DNA of 64,000 nt from Gammaproteobacteria bacterium (GTDB taxonomy: Bacteria > Pseudomonadota > Gammaproteobacteria > Magnimaribacterales > D2472), in NCBI GenBank assembly GCA_045563715.1, contig JBJLIP010000004.1, positions 233,450-297,449 of the forward strand. The letters run 5' to 3'. Under the pieces are notes generated by a model. It did no database searches. It was not told where the DNA came from and saw nothing but the letters and a program-made list of their open reading frames with translations. This document shows, in pieces, positions 20,157 through 27,575 of the stretch; positions within the stretch are counted from its first letter, which is position 1, and each line of letters starts with the position of its first letter. Made by a program: the position numbers and the translations under genes.

Positions 20157-21027
20157 GTGCTTGGCCTTCTATTTTCTTTATTTTTTTTGAAGTTGCAAGG
20201 AATACGCCCAATAAAATTGTTATACAACCAATTACAATACTTGTAGTTATTTTTTCCTCAAGAAAGATATACCCCCATATAATTCCAAAAACTGGTAAGA
20301 AATAGGCAACTGTTGATGTTTTTACAGCGCCTATTTTTTCAATCAATCGCACATAACCCAAAAATGCTAATCCAGTAGAAACTCCTCCAAGCCAAAGCAC
20401 AGATAAAAAAGCATCAAATGAAGGAACAGCACTTGGGAGATAGAAAAGTGTCATAGGAATCATTAGAAAAACACTAAAAATAATTGACCATCCAATTAGA
20501 ACCAACTTATTAGTTTTTGCAGAATTTTTTTGAATAAAGACTGTAGAAAATGAATAGCATGCTGCTCCCATTAAACAAAGGACAGCTGATATTAATGAAG
20601 TAGATGATGAATCTGGATTAACAAGAATCACAACACCAATAAAACCCATTATTAAACCTATAAATTGTTTAAGGGTTACTGTTTCATTTAACCAAAAATA
20701 AGCAATTATCATAGTGTTAAAAGCAGTGGTGGCATTTAAAATTGCTAACATATTTGATTCTGATTCAAAACTAGCCAATGAAAATAAAGTAAAAGGAATA
20801 GCATTATTTGTTATAGCTAATATCATGGAATGTTTCCAAATTGGATTGAGAAGTAAGAGATACTTTTTTCTTAATAAGATTGGTAGAAAAATTAAAGATG
20901 CAATTATTAATCTAGCTTGAACTAAACCAACAGCGCCAAATTCTGGAGCAGCAACTTTTATAAATATAAAAGCGCTTCCCCAAATAGCTCCTAAGAATAT
21001 TAACAATGTCCAATATCTTATTTCCAT
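20146..21027 (-). CDS. DMT superfamily (EamA-type) transporter
   Basis: 293 aa, 10 hydrophobic segments in a 5+5 arrangement, GAIWGSAFIFIK-type EamA repeat. Confidence 0.75.
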   Translation of the reverse strand: MEIRYWTLLIFLGAIWGSAFIFIKVAAPEFGAVGLVQARLIIASLIFLPILLRKKYLLLLNPIWKHSMILAITNNAIPFTLFSLASFESESNMLAILNATTAFNTMIIAYFWLNETVTLKQFIGLIMGFIGVVILVNPDSSSTSLISAVLCLMGAACYSFSTVFIQKNSAKTNKLVLIGWSIIFSVFLMIPMTLFYLPSAVPSFDAFLSVLWLGGVSTGLAFLGYVRLIEKIGAVKTSTVAYFLPVFGIIWGYIFLEEKITTSIVIGCITILLGVFLATSKKIKKIEGQAHAK

Positions 21028-21200
21028 AATCTTAAAATAAAAAAACCCCCAAAAAATTGAGGGTTAAGAACTAATTAATGTATTAGCAGAAATTAGCCGG
21101 AAGTTAGGATTTTACCCCTGTCAAAAGGTATACCCTCCGCTTCCTGATGTTGTATAAATACTAATAGGACCACCTCCATGTTCAGGGTAGTAATAAAATG
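21028..21200 (-). promoter_or_regulatory. candidate structured 5' leader (riboswitch or attenuator-like) of the EamA-rhodanese-TBDR operon; class unknown
   Basis: There is a locally GC-elevated segment (21090-21190) in an otherwise AT-rich spacer. Complementary arms TACCCTG/CAGGGGTA and GGAAG/CTTCC are present, with two GGAGG-containing repeats. A short AACCC/GGGTT hairpin plus T6AT4 directly abuts the ATG on the minus strand. Confidence 0.3.
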
Positions 21201-21286
21201 TTTAATAATCCCCTTAAAAAATTATCAAACAAGACGCCTATGTAAATTATATACAGTATGGATTCTAAATAAAGAGCTTTATTAAA

Positions 21287-21502
21287 TTAAAATGAAAATT
21301 CTAATTGAGCTTTATGTTCAACATTATTTTTACTTTTAACAATAGTTTTTTTTGAAATGCTCTTATCTAAATAATCATTTAATAAATTTAAATTATTATT
21401 AAAATATTTGAATGCCAGCATCTTTTTTGCAGACTGTTTATCAATGGAATTATCAAATTCAATTAATATAGGATCATTTTTTATATAAATAATATTGTTC
21501 AT
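21287..21502 (-). CDS. SOS-box-controlled small protein, weakly YebG-like (71 aa)
   Basis: The ORF lies immediately downstream of a perfect LexA box. Spacing of F-x10-KML and LLxDYL resembles E. coli YebG as I remember it. This similarity is weak and unverified. Confidence 0.45.
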   Translation of the reverse strand: MNNIIYIKNDPILIEFDNSIDKQSAKKMLAFKYFNNNLNLLNDYLDKSISKKTIVKSKNNVEHKAQLEFSF

Positions 21503-21510
21503 ACTTACTC

Positions 21511-21539
21511 ATTGTACTGTATATATATACAGTATACAA
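21511..21539 (-). promoter_or_regulatory. sigma70-like promoter with an embedded perfect LexA operator
   Basis: The minus strand reads TTGTAT-(17 nt)-TACAAT-8 nt-ATG. The spacer plus flanks form TACTGTATATATATACAGTA (21515-21534), a perfect 20-bp palindrome equal to the gammaproteobacterial CTGT-N8-ACAG consensus. Confidence 0.75.
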
Positions 21540-21542
21540 GGA

Positions 21543-22100
21543 TTAATCCTCAGGATGTATCAGCAAACGATTGTCAGTTAGTGTTTTAAATATAATCCAT
21601 AGGGTTGCTATAACAGCTAAAGCTCCTAAAAAATCACCTACTGCAAATCTAAGTACAGTAATTACACTTATTGACGTTGAGTTGACCAAAGACAAATATG
21701 AGTTTACTAAAAGTCCATTTAATAATGATGAAACAATAACAACTATAAATAAAAACTTATAGTTTTGAAAATTAACCCTTTTAAAAAATGAAAAAAAGCC
21801 TGGTGTTGCTTTAGTCCATTTAAGTAATTCTACGGCAGCAACAACTGAAAATAATGAACCAATTGAGGCAATAGACCATCCATCCATGTAATCTAAATCA
21901 TTTATTAATACAGGCCCGGAGATTTCAGCGAGGTATAGGCCTGGTAAAGAGTAATATCTAAAAAAACAAAACATCAACACTCTTGCGCCATGTGGTAAAT
22001 AACATACACTTCCTAGCCATTCACGATTTGGATTCAAGTTTGCAAGATCTATTAGTTGAAGTGGGTACCAAACTCGCATAACAAAACATTGAAAAGACAA
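21543..22100 (-). CDS. hypothetical integral membrane protein
   Basis: 185-aa ORF with 4-5 hydrophobic segments; no family recognised. The start could be Met8 (MRVWYPLQ). Confidence 0.5.
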   Translation of the reverse strand: MSFQCFVMRVWYPLQLIDLANLNPNREWLGSVCYLPHGARVLMFCFFRYYSLPGLYLAEISGPVLINDLDYMDGWSIASIGSLFSVVAAVELLKWTKATPGFFSFFKRVNFQNYKFLFIVVIVSSLLNGLLVNSYLSLVNSTSISVITVLRFAVGDFLGALAVIATLWIIFKTLTDNRLLIHPED

Positions 22101-22144
22101 AGACTGTAATCGTTACTTTAAGGAGTGTGAGCCATGATAGGTTA

Positions 22145-22160
22145 TAACAACTAGTTGTTA
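22145..22160. promoter_or_regulatory. 16-bp perfect palindrome TAACAACTAGTTGTTA, candidate operator
   Basis: Read directly. It lies 3 nt after the stop of the wHTH gene and about 45 nt before the membrane-protein start. No U-tract follows on either strand. Confidence 0.3.
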
Positions 22161-22162
22161 CG

Positions 22163-22456
22163 TTAGACTAGGCTAGTACTAGAGTTGAACTCCCTTTTAT
22201 CAGTCGAGGATTGATACATTTTTATTAGTTCTGCGTATTCAAATTTTTTAATTGTTTTGTATACGGTAGATCTAGAGAAACCAGACTCATTAATAACATC
22301 AGAAATGCGACAGGTATAGTTATCTGCATTTTTGCAAGCTATCGTGTAATAGATTTTTTTTTCAGTCTCTGTATAGTTGATAAGGTCAAGGTCTTCTTCG
22401 ATATTTCTTAACATTTGAAGTATGTTTGCCAAATCCTTTGAATACTTAGAAGCCAT
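22163..22456 (-). CDS. small winged-helix/HTH DNA-binding protein (MarR/ArsR-like fold guess)
   Basis: 97 aa; ISDVINESGFSRSTVYKTIKKFEYAELI resembles a recognition-helix HTH segment. Confidence 0.5.
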   Translation of the reverse strand: MASKYSKDLANILQMLRNIEEDLDLINYTETEKKIYYTIACKNADNYTCRISDVINESGFSRSTVYKTIKKFEYAELIKMYQSSTDKREFNSSTSLV

Positions 22457-22521
22457 AAAAAGATAATACAGACAAAAATATTATGAAACAAGTATTTTAG
22501 AATAAGTATAATATGCAATTA

Positions 22522-22609
22522 GGAGAGGTGTCAGAGTGGTCTATTGTGCATCCTTGGAAAGGATGTGTACCGAAAGGTACCGGGAGTTCGAATCTCCCTC
22601 TCTCCGCCA
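22522..22609 (+). tRNA. tRNA-Ser (anticodon GGA)
   Basis: GGAGAGGTGTCAGAGTGGTC.. class II tRNA with a long variable arm (GTGTACCGAAAGGTACC). The anticodon stem CATCC/GGATG carries loop TTGGAAA. CCA is encoded. Confidence 0.9.
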
Positions 22610-23332
22610 TTATTGATTAAATTCTCTGAAATTTTGATTTAGAAATTTTTTAGTGGTTCCTCTAAATGGGTTGATATCAATACCTCCCCTTCTTTGAAAA
22701 CGACCACAAACCTCCAATTGTGAGCAATCAAATTTATTAAAAATATCTGAAAAAATACTTTCTACACATTGCTCATGGAAGTCACCTTTATTTTGGTATG
22801 AAATAAGATATTTTTTTAACCAATCTGTAGACAAGGCTTTGTTAGAGTAAATATATATATTTGCAAGATCTGGTTGTGAGGTTACTGGGCATATAGACCT
22901 AAACCCATTAAATTTTAATATAGTATTTGGTTTTGTCTTAACAGATCTAGATTTATTCAAATGTAATAATTCTGGTTCTTTAGAAAATTGTTTTACAAAA
23001 CTTATCTGAATCGATGATGATGTGATTTCTTCAATATCTTTCTTGATTGTTTTTAAGATATCTGCGTCTTTCTTAAATGATTTATTATAAAATTCGTTTA
23101 AATATAACTTCATAGATTTTGATTCCACTATAAATAATGACGATGCCGGTATTATGATTTCTAATATCCTTAGTTTAGGCATTCTTATATCATCTAGATA
23201 TAGAAAATCGTAGACATTCCATATGTCGTGGCCATATTTGATTAATGATTCATCTCTTTTTATTTGATCAAGTAAACGTTTTCCTCGAATACTGTTATTT
23301 GTTGTATTTTTTCCAAGAAATTTAGTCTTCAT
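22610..23332 (-). CDS. queF: NADPH-dependent 7-cyano-7-deazaguanine (preQ0) reductase, two-domain type
   Basis: SICPVTSQPD active-site Cys motif, FHEQC, and GRFQRRGGIDINPF C-terminal motif. Confidence 0.85.
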   Translation of the reverse strand: MKTKFLGKNTTNNSIRGKRLLDQIKRDESLIKYGHDIWNVYDFLYLDDIRMPKLRILEIIIPASSLFIVESKSMKLYLNEFYNKSFKKDADILKTIKKDIEEITSSSIQISFVKQFSKEPELLHLNKSRSVKTKPNTILKFNGFRSICPVTSQPDLANIYIYSNKALSTDWLKKYLISYQNKGDFHEQCVESIFSDIFNKFDCSQLEVCGRFQRRGGIDINPFRGTTKKFLNQNFREFNQ

Positions 23333-24114
23333 TCTCTAATTCCAGTGCCTCTATTTAATAAATAAAGACAAGAGACTGTTAAGAAACAAATAAACCCACA
23401 AATCATAGAAAGTGAAAAAGATACTGAAACATCACTAACACCAAGCATGCCCTCTCTAAAAGTATTAACTACATAAAGCATAGGATTTGCTTTAGATATA
23501 GATTGTAAGGTTGGGGATAGCATATTGATTGAATAGAATACTCCTCCTAAATATATTAGTGGAGTAAGAACAAACGTTGGTATTATAGAAATATCGTCAA
23601 AGCTATCTGCAAATACCGCATTTATAAAACCCATTAATGAAAACATTACAGATGTTAATAAAAGAACTGAGATAGTTAGCATCGGGTTAACTATTTGAAA
23701 TTCTGGGTTGAAAAATAGACTGACGCAGAAGACAATGATTCCAACAAGTACGCCTCTGCAAACACCTCCAATTATAAATCCTAGCAATATGGTCCAATTG
23801 GGCATTGGAGAAATCAATAATTCTTCAATTGATTTTTGAAATTTAACCGAATAGAAAGATGAAACTACATTTGCGTATGAGTTTGTGATGACTGACATCA
23901 TAATTAATCCTGGAATCATGTATTGAACATATTCAATACCATCAGTTACCTTATCAGTATCAATGTTTGGACCAATTAATGATCCAAATATCACAAAGTA
24001 CAAGGAAATAGTGATTGCCGGTGGAACTAGTGTTTGAACCCATATCCTTAAAAATCTTCTTACTTCTTTTGAAGCTAAAGTCCATAAGGTTACTGTTATA
24101 TTTATATTTTTCAT
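23329..24114 (-). CDS. ABC-2 type transporter permease (YadH-like)
   Basis: 261 aa, 6 TM segments, ABC-2 family look, translationally coupled to the upstream ATPase. Confidence 0.75.
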   Translation of the reverse strand: MKNINITVTLWTLASKEVRRFLRIWVQTLVPPAITISLYFVIFGSLIGPNIDTDKVTDGIEYVQYMIPGLIMMSVITNSYANVVSSFYSVKFQKSIEELLISPMPNWTILLGFIIGGVCRGVLVGIIVFCVSLFFNPEFQIVNPMLTISVLLLTSVMFSLMGFINAVFADSFDDISIIPTFVLTPLIYLGGVFYSINMLSPTLQSISKANPMLYVVNTFREGMLGVSDVSVSFSLSMICGFICFLTVSCLYLLNRGTGIRE

Positions 24115-25055
24115 TATCTTTTTATCATTTCGATGAACAATTCTTCAAGTCTGTTAGATTGATTCCTCATAGACTTTACCTTTATTCCCAGTTTATTTAG
24201 CTGTTCAAAAAGGCTATTTATAGACTTATCTTTGTTAACGGCTGCTACAAGAGTTAACGGATCTTCAACTTTTAGATCAAAGCCCTCAACCACTGGCTCA
24301 TTATCTAATGGTTCTTCTAGGTCGAGAACAAATCCTTGTACATCTAGTTTTCTAAGTAAATCTTTCATGCTTGTATCAACAACAATTTCGCCTTGATCAA
24401 TTATTCCTATATTCCTGCATAATTGTTCAGCCTCTTCTAGATAATGTGTTGTTAGAATTATTGTTGTTCCCTTGTCGTTAATTTCTTTTAAAAAACGCCA
24501 CATATCTCTTCTTAGCTCAATGTCCACACCAGCTGTAGGTTCATCTAAGATTAGTAGTTTTGGTTCATGGATTAAGGCTTTTGCGATCATTAGCCTTCTT
24601 TTATAGCCCCCAGACAATGTTCTAGCTTGATCATTTCTTTTGTCCCACAAGCCAAGTTTTTTTAACATTGTTTCGACTTTGGGTTTTGCTATAGATTTTT
24701 TTATTCCATAAAAGCCTGCTTGGGTTGTAACTATATCTATAACTTTTTCGAATTGAGAAAAGTTAATTTCTTGTGAAACAACACCCAACATAGACTTTGC
24801 TAATGCAACATTTTTATCGATATCAATATCAAAGATCTTTACACTACCTGATGTTTTCGTAACAAGAGTTCCGATAATGCCTATTGTTGATGACTTTCCA
24901 GCGCCATTAGGACCTAGCAATGCATAAAAATCCCCTTCCTGCACTTTTAAAGAAATTCCTTTAAGCGCTTCTGTTCCACCAGAATATACTTTTTTAAGTT
25001 GATCTATTTCTAATGCAAAACTAGTCAATGCACTACTCGTGTTTCTTATTATCAA
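24114..25055 (-). CDS. ABC transporter ATP-binding protein (YadG-like)
   Basis: Walker A GPNGAGKSS, signature LSGGYKRR, Walker B LLILDEPT. Confidence 0.85.
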   Translation of the reverse strand: MIIRNTSSALTSFALEIDQLKKVYSGGTEALKGISLKVQEGDFYALLGPNGAGKSSTIGIIGTLVTKTSGSVKIFDIDIDKNVALAKSMLGVVSQEINFSQFEKVIDIVTTQAGFYGIKKSIAKPKVETMLKKLGLWDKRNDQARTLSGGYKRRLMIAKALIHEPKLLILDEPTAGVDIELRRDMWRFLKEINDKGTTIILTTHYLEEAEQLCRNIGIIDQGEIVVDTSMKDLLRKLDVQGFVLDLEEPLDNEPVVEGFDLKVEDPLTLVAAVNKDKSINSLFEQLNKLGIKVKSMRNQSNRLEELFIEMIKR

Positions 25056-26403
25056 TCAACAATATAGATAATATCAACCCTACAACAATTCCTATCCATG
25101 GCGCTGCGACACCATTAAATGATCCAAATGCTACAAAGAATGCAGTAATAATAGATATGGCAATTTCAGAATTTTTCTTAACAATTGACATTGCAACATA
25201 AGAGCATGCGATGCCAGTTAAAATGAGAGTTACACTTAAAGCCAACAACAACAATGGTTTCATTAAATCAATAAAGGGACCAAAGAAAAACAAGAAAGGT
25301 AAGCCCATTAAATAGTATGATCCAATACCATCATATATTGATCTCATTATATCTTTACCCTGTTGCCATCTTTGAACTACTATTACGTGAACGCCAGTCC
25401 AAAGAGCACCTTGTGTAGGAAAAAATGGATTAATAATTGTTCCTAGAAGATTTCTCATACCCACACTGTTGTGAGATCGATTGATGTCTATCTCGATTTG
25501 TTCATCTGGTCTATTTTTTTGTGCTTCTTTTATTATTTCTGTTCCTGTAACAAAATCACCAAATAAAAGGAGGTATCCAATCAAAACAAGAGGTATGACT
25601 TCAATAAACTGTGTTAAAGAAGGAAAGCCAATAGAAAATGGCGAAGTAAGTTTATAAACTTCTACAACGGGTGGAACAATAAATATATCATTCTCCCATA
25701 CCCATACGATTTCGCCAGTAAAATAGCCTACTAAAGCTGCTATTAAAAAACCAGGCAATAAACCGAGTGAACCGATAAGCTTTATAAACTTGTTTTTTTC
25801 ACCCAATCTTTTAAATGGTTCAGAAAATGTAGTTATAGTGCATATAATTAGAATAGAAAATGTGGCTGTTGGTGATGATCCAATATAATCATATGGAACT
25901 GTTTTAATAAAAATTGTGTCAAATGCTGCAATTGCAGCCCCTAATATAATTCCTGATTTTAAAGCATTGGGAATTTTTTCTATAATTATTTTACCAAGAC
26001 CTGTGAGTCCTAAAAATAAGATTAGCAAAGTAAATTCAATACACATTGCAGCCATGTACTTAAAACTCTCTCCATCGCCATATTCACCTGATGCCAAACC
26101 TTTTGAGCCAAAAAAAATCATAACAAGTGGAAGGGCTGGTGTAACCCACCCAGCTGCCATTGGTTCACCAAAAATAATTGGACTTGAGGTAATTAAAAAG
26201 CTTGCAATAAAACATACAGCTACAGCTTGCATAAAATCTAAACCCAGTGCCTGAACTATAGGTGCCCCAGCAAGAGCAGTTGCGCCTGAAATTATAAAGC
26301 CTTGAATAAATTCACTAGGTAATAGTTTTATGTGAATAAAAGGAATTCTTAGTCTAAATGGTCCCCACTTTATTCCGTTATTGTTGATATTTTCTGTACT
26401 CAT
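25033..26403 (-). CDS. uncharacterised polytopic membrane protein (putative permease, about 12 TM)
   Basis: 456 aa, hydrophobic throughout; family not recognised. It has a 4-nt overlap (ATGA) with the upstream VWA gene. Confidence 0.55.
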   Translation of the reverse strand: MSTENINNNGIKWGPFRLRIPFIHIKLLPSEFIQGFIISGATALAGAPIVQALGLDFMQAVAVCFIASFLITSSPIIFGEPMAAGWVTPALPLVMIFFGSKGLASGEYGDGESFKYMAAMCIEFTLLILFLGLTGLGKIIIEKIPNALKSGIILGAAIAAFDTIFIKTVPYDYIGSSPTATFSILIICTITTFSEPFKRLGEKNKFIKLIGSLGLLPGFLIAALVGYFTGEIVWVWENDIFIVPPVVEVYKLTSPFSIGFPSLTQFIEVIPLVLIGYLLLFGDFVTGTEIIKEAQKNRPDEQIEIDINRSHNSVGMRNLLGTIINPFFPTQGALWTGVHVIVVQRWQQGKDIMRSIYDGIGSYYLMGLPFLFFFGPFIDLMKPLLLLALSVTLILTGIACSYVAMSIVKKNSEIAISIITAFFVAFGSFNGVAAPWIGIVVGLILSILLIDNKKHE

Positions 26404-27575
26404 TTTGATAACTCTCCCATTCCATCTTCTAAACCTTTTAATGTTAAAGGATACATCCTATTTTCAAATAAATCTTTAATAATACATATTGATGACGTGT
26501 AATCCCAATGATCATCAGGCACAGGATTAAGCCATGCCATGTTTTCAAAATGATCAGATAATCTTTTTATCCATACATGACCAGCCTCTTCATTCCAATG
26601 CTCAATAGAACCACCGGCATTGGTAATTTCGTATGGAGCCATGGTTGCATCACCAACAACAATAATTTTATAGTCAGATGAAAATTTATTGATAATATCC
26701 TGAACTAAAAATCTCTCTTGGGATCTTCTTCTGTTATCTTTCCATACAGATTCATATATACAATTGTGAAAATAAAAATACTCTAGATTTTTGAATTCTG
26801 TTTTAATTGCTGAAAAAAGCTCCTCGCAAAGTTTTACATATGGATCCATTGATCCGCCAACATCAAATAAAACCACAACTTTCACAGAGTTTAATCTTTC
26901 GGGAACCATCTTTATGTCTAAGTAACCAGCATTTTTTGCAGTAGATTTGATAGTATCATCCATATCAAGCTCTAAATCATTACCTTGTCTGGCAAATTTC
27001 CTTAAGCGTCTAAGAGCCATTTTTATATCTCTTGTGCCTATTATTACGGAATCATCTAAATTTGCGTATTGTCTTTGCTCCCAAACTTTTACTGCTTTCT
27101 TTTGACCACCCGGCCCGCCTATTCTAATTCCTTCAGGGTTTTGTCCTCCATGTCCGTATGGTGAAGTTCCATTTGTACCAACCCATTTATTTCCACCCTC
27201 ATGCCTTTCTTTTTGTTCTTCAAGTCTTTTTTTAAACTCATCTAATAATTTCTCAAGTCCGCCAAGTGATTTAATCTTCTTTAATTCTTCAGGATCTAAT
27301 TCCTTTTCAAATGATTTTCTTAACCAATCATCAGGAATCAAAGCTTGAAATATATCTTCCATCCTTTCAATACCTTTAAAGTAGATCTCAAATGCCTTAT
27401 CAAACTTGTCAAAGTATTTTTCATCTTTAACTAAAGTGGTTCTTGAAAGATAGTAGAAATCGTCTATGTTTGCATAGACTAGTTGGTTTTCTAGAGCTCC
27501 TAGTAAATCTAACAATTCCCTTACTGTGCATGGGACACCTGCAGATCTTATTGTTTGAAATAAATTAATTAGCAT
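26400..27575 (-). CDS. VWA domain protein, CoxE-like
   Basis: 391 aa; C-terminal VWA with a MIDAS-like VVVLFDVGGSM; a Gly-rich GGxxPxG linker; paired with a MoxR ATPase. Confidence 0.75.
   Translation of the reverse strand: MLINLFQTIRSAGVPCTVRELLDLLGALENQLVYANIDDFYYLSRTTLVKDEKYFDKFDKAFEIYFKGIERMEDIFQALIPDDWLRKSFEKELDPEELKKIKSLGGLEKLLDEFKKRLEEQKERHEGGNKWVGTNGTSPYGHGGQNPEGIRIGGPGGQKKAVKVWEQRQYANLDDSVIIGTRDIKMALRRLRKFARQGNDLELDMDDTIKSTAKNAGYLDIKMVPERLNSVKVVVLFDVGGSMDPYVKLCEELFSAIKTEFKNLEYFYFHNCIYESVWKDNRRRSQERFLVQDIINKFSSDYKIIVVGDATMAPYEITNAGGSIEHWNEEAGHVWIKRLSDHFENMAWLNPVPDDHWDYTSSICIIKDLFENRMYPLTLKGLEDGMGELSK

Noticed and set aside
21083-21169. 28-aa minus-strand ORF MEVVLLVFIQHQEAEGIPFDRGKILTSG inside the leader
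   Set aside because: It has no upstream Shine-Dalgarno sequence, is very short, and has no recognisable peptide family. The GC content is better explained by RNA structure. A coding role cannot be excluded without conservation data.
21095-21190. Identity of the structured leader as a cobalamin, TPP, guanidine-I (ykkC), preQ1 or fluoride riboswitch, or as SRP/4.5S RNA
   Set aside because: Isolated resemblances exist (GGGGTAAAATCC vs the cobalamin GGUGAAAAUCC; ACCCTGAAC vs the TPP ACCCUUUGAACC; CAGGAAGCGG vs the SRP GGAAGCAGC). However, the other obligatory conserved blocks (B12 box GCCACUG, CUGAGA, CUAGGGUUCCG, the GGAA tetraloop context) are absent or on the wrong strand. I keep it only as an unclassified candidate.
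21239-21258. Second LexA-like site TATGTAAATTATATACAGTA downstream of the 71-aa gene
   Set aside because: Only the right half-site (ATACAGTA) matches. The left half is shifted by one base (TGT-N9-ACAG), so it is not a credible operator in an AT-rich background.
22457-22609. tRNA-Ser as an integration site for a genomic island covering 21287-22456
   Set aside because: The unassigned genes lie on the 5' side of the tRNA. There is no integrase, no direct repeat of the tRNA 3' end, and queF abuts the tRNA 3' end directly. The island idea is therefore unsupported, although the block may still be strain-variable.
25916-26254. 112-aa plus-strand ORF inside the 456-aa membrane-protein gene. Similar antisense or nested ORFs occur at 784-975, 1938-2141, 3901-4239, 6304-6546, 8519-8704, 9593-9916, 11964-12149, 13516-13701, 15689-15877, 16751-16948, 19128-19340, 19855-20061, 20117-20305, 20714-20920, 21571-21762, 24015-24200, 31859-32086, 32823-33032, 36033-36311, 42018-42248, 42832-43065, 43192-43374, 47785-48036, 49192-49389, 50470-50673, 52028-52222, 54243-54443, 56462-56659, 62047-62256 and 62265-62528.
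   Set aside because: All are fully embedded in longer ORFs that carry clear family motifs. Their products are low-complexity or Ser/Leu/Ile-rich with no motifs, so they are shadow ORFs.
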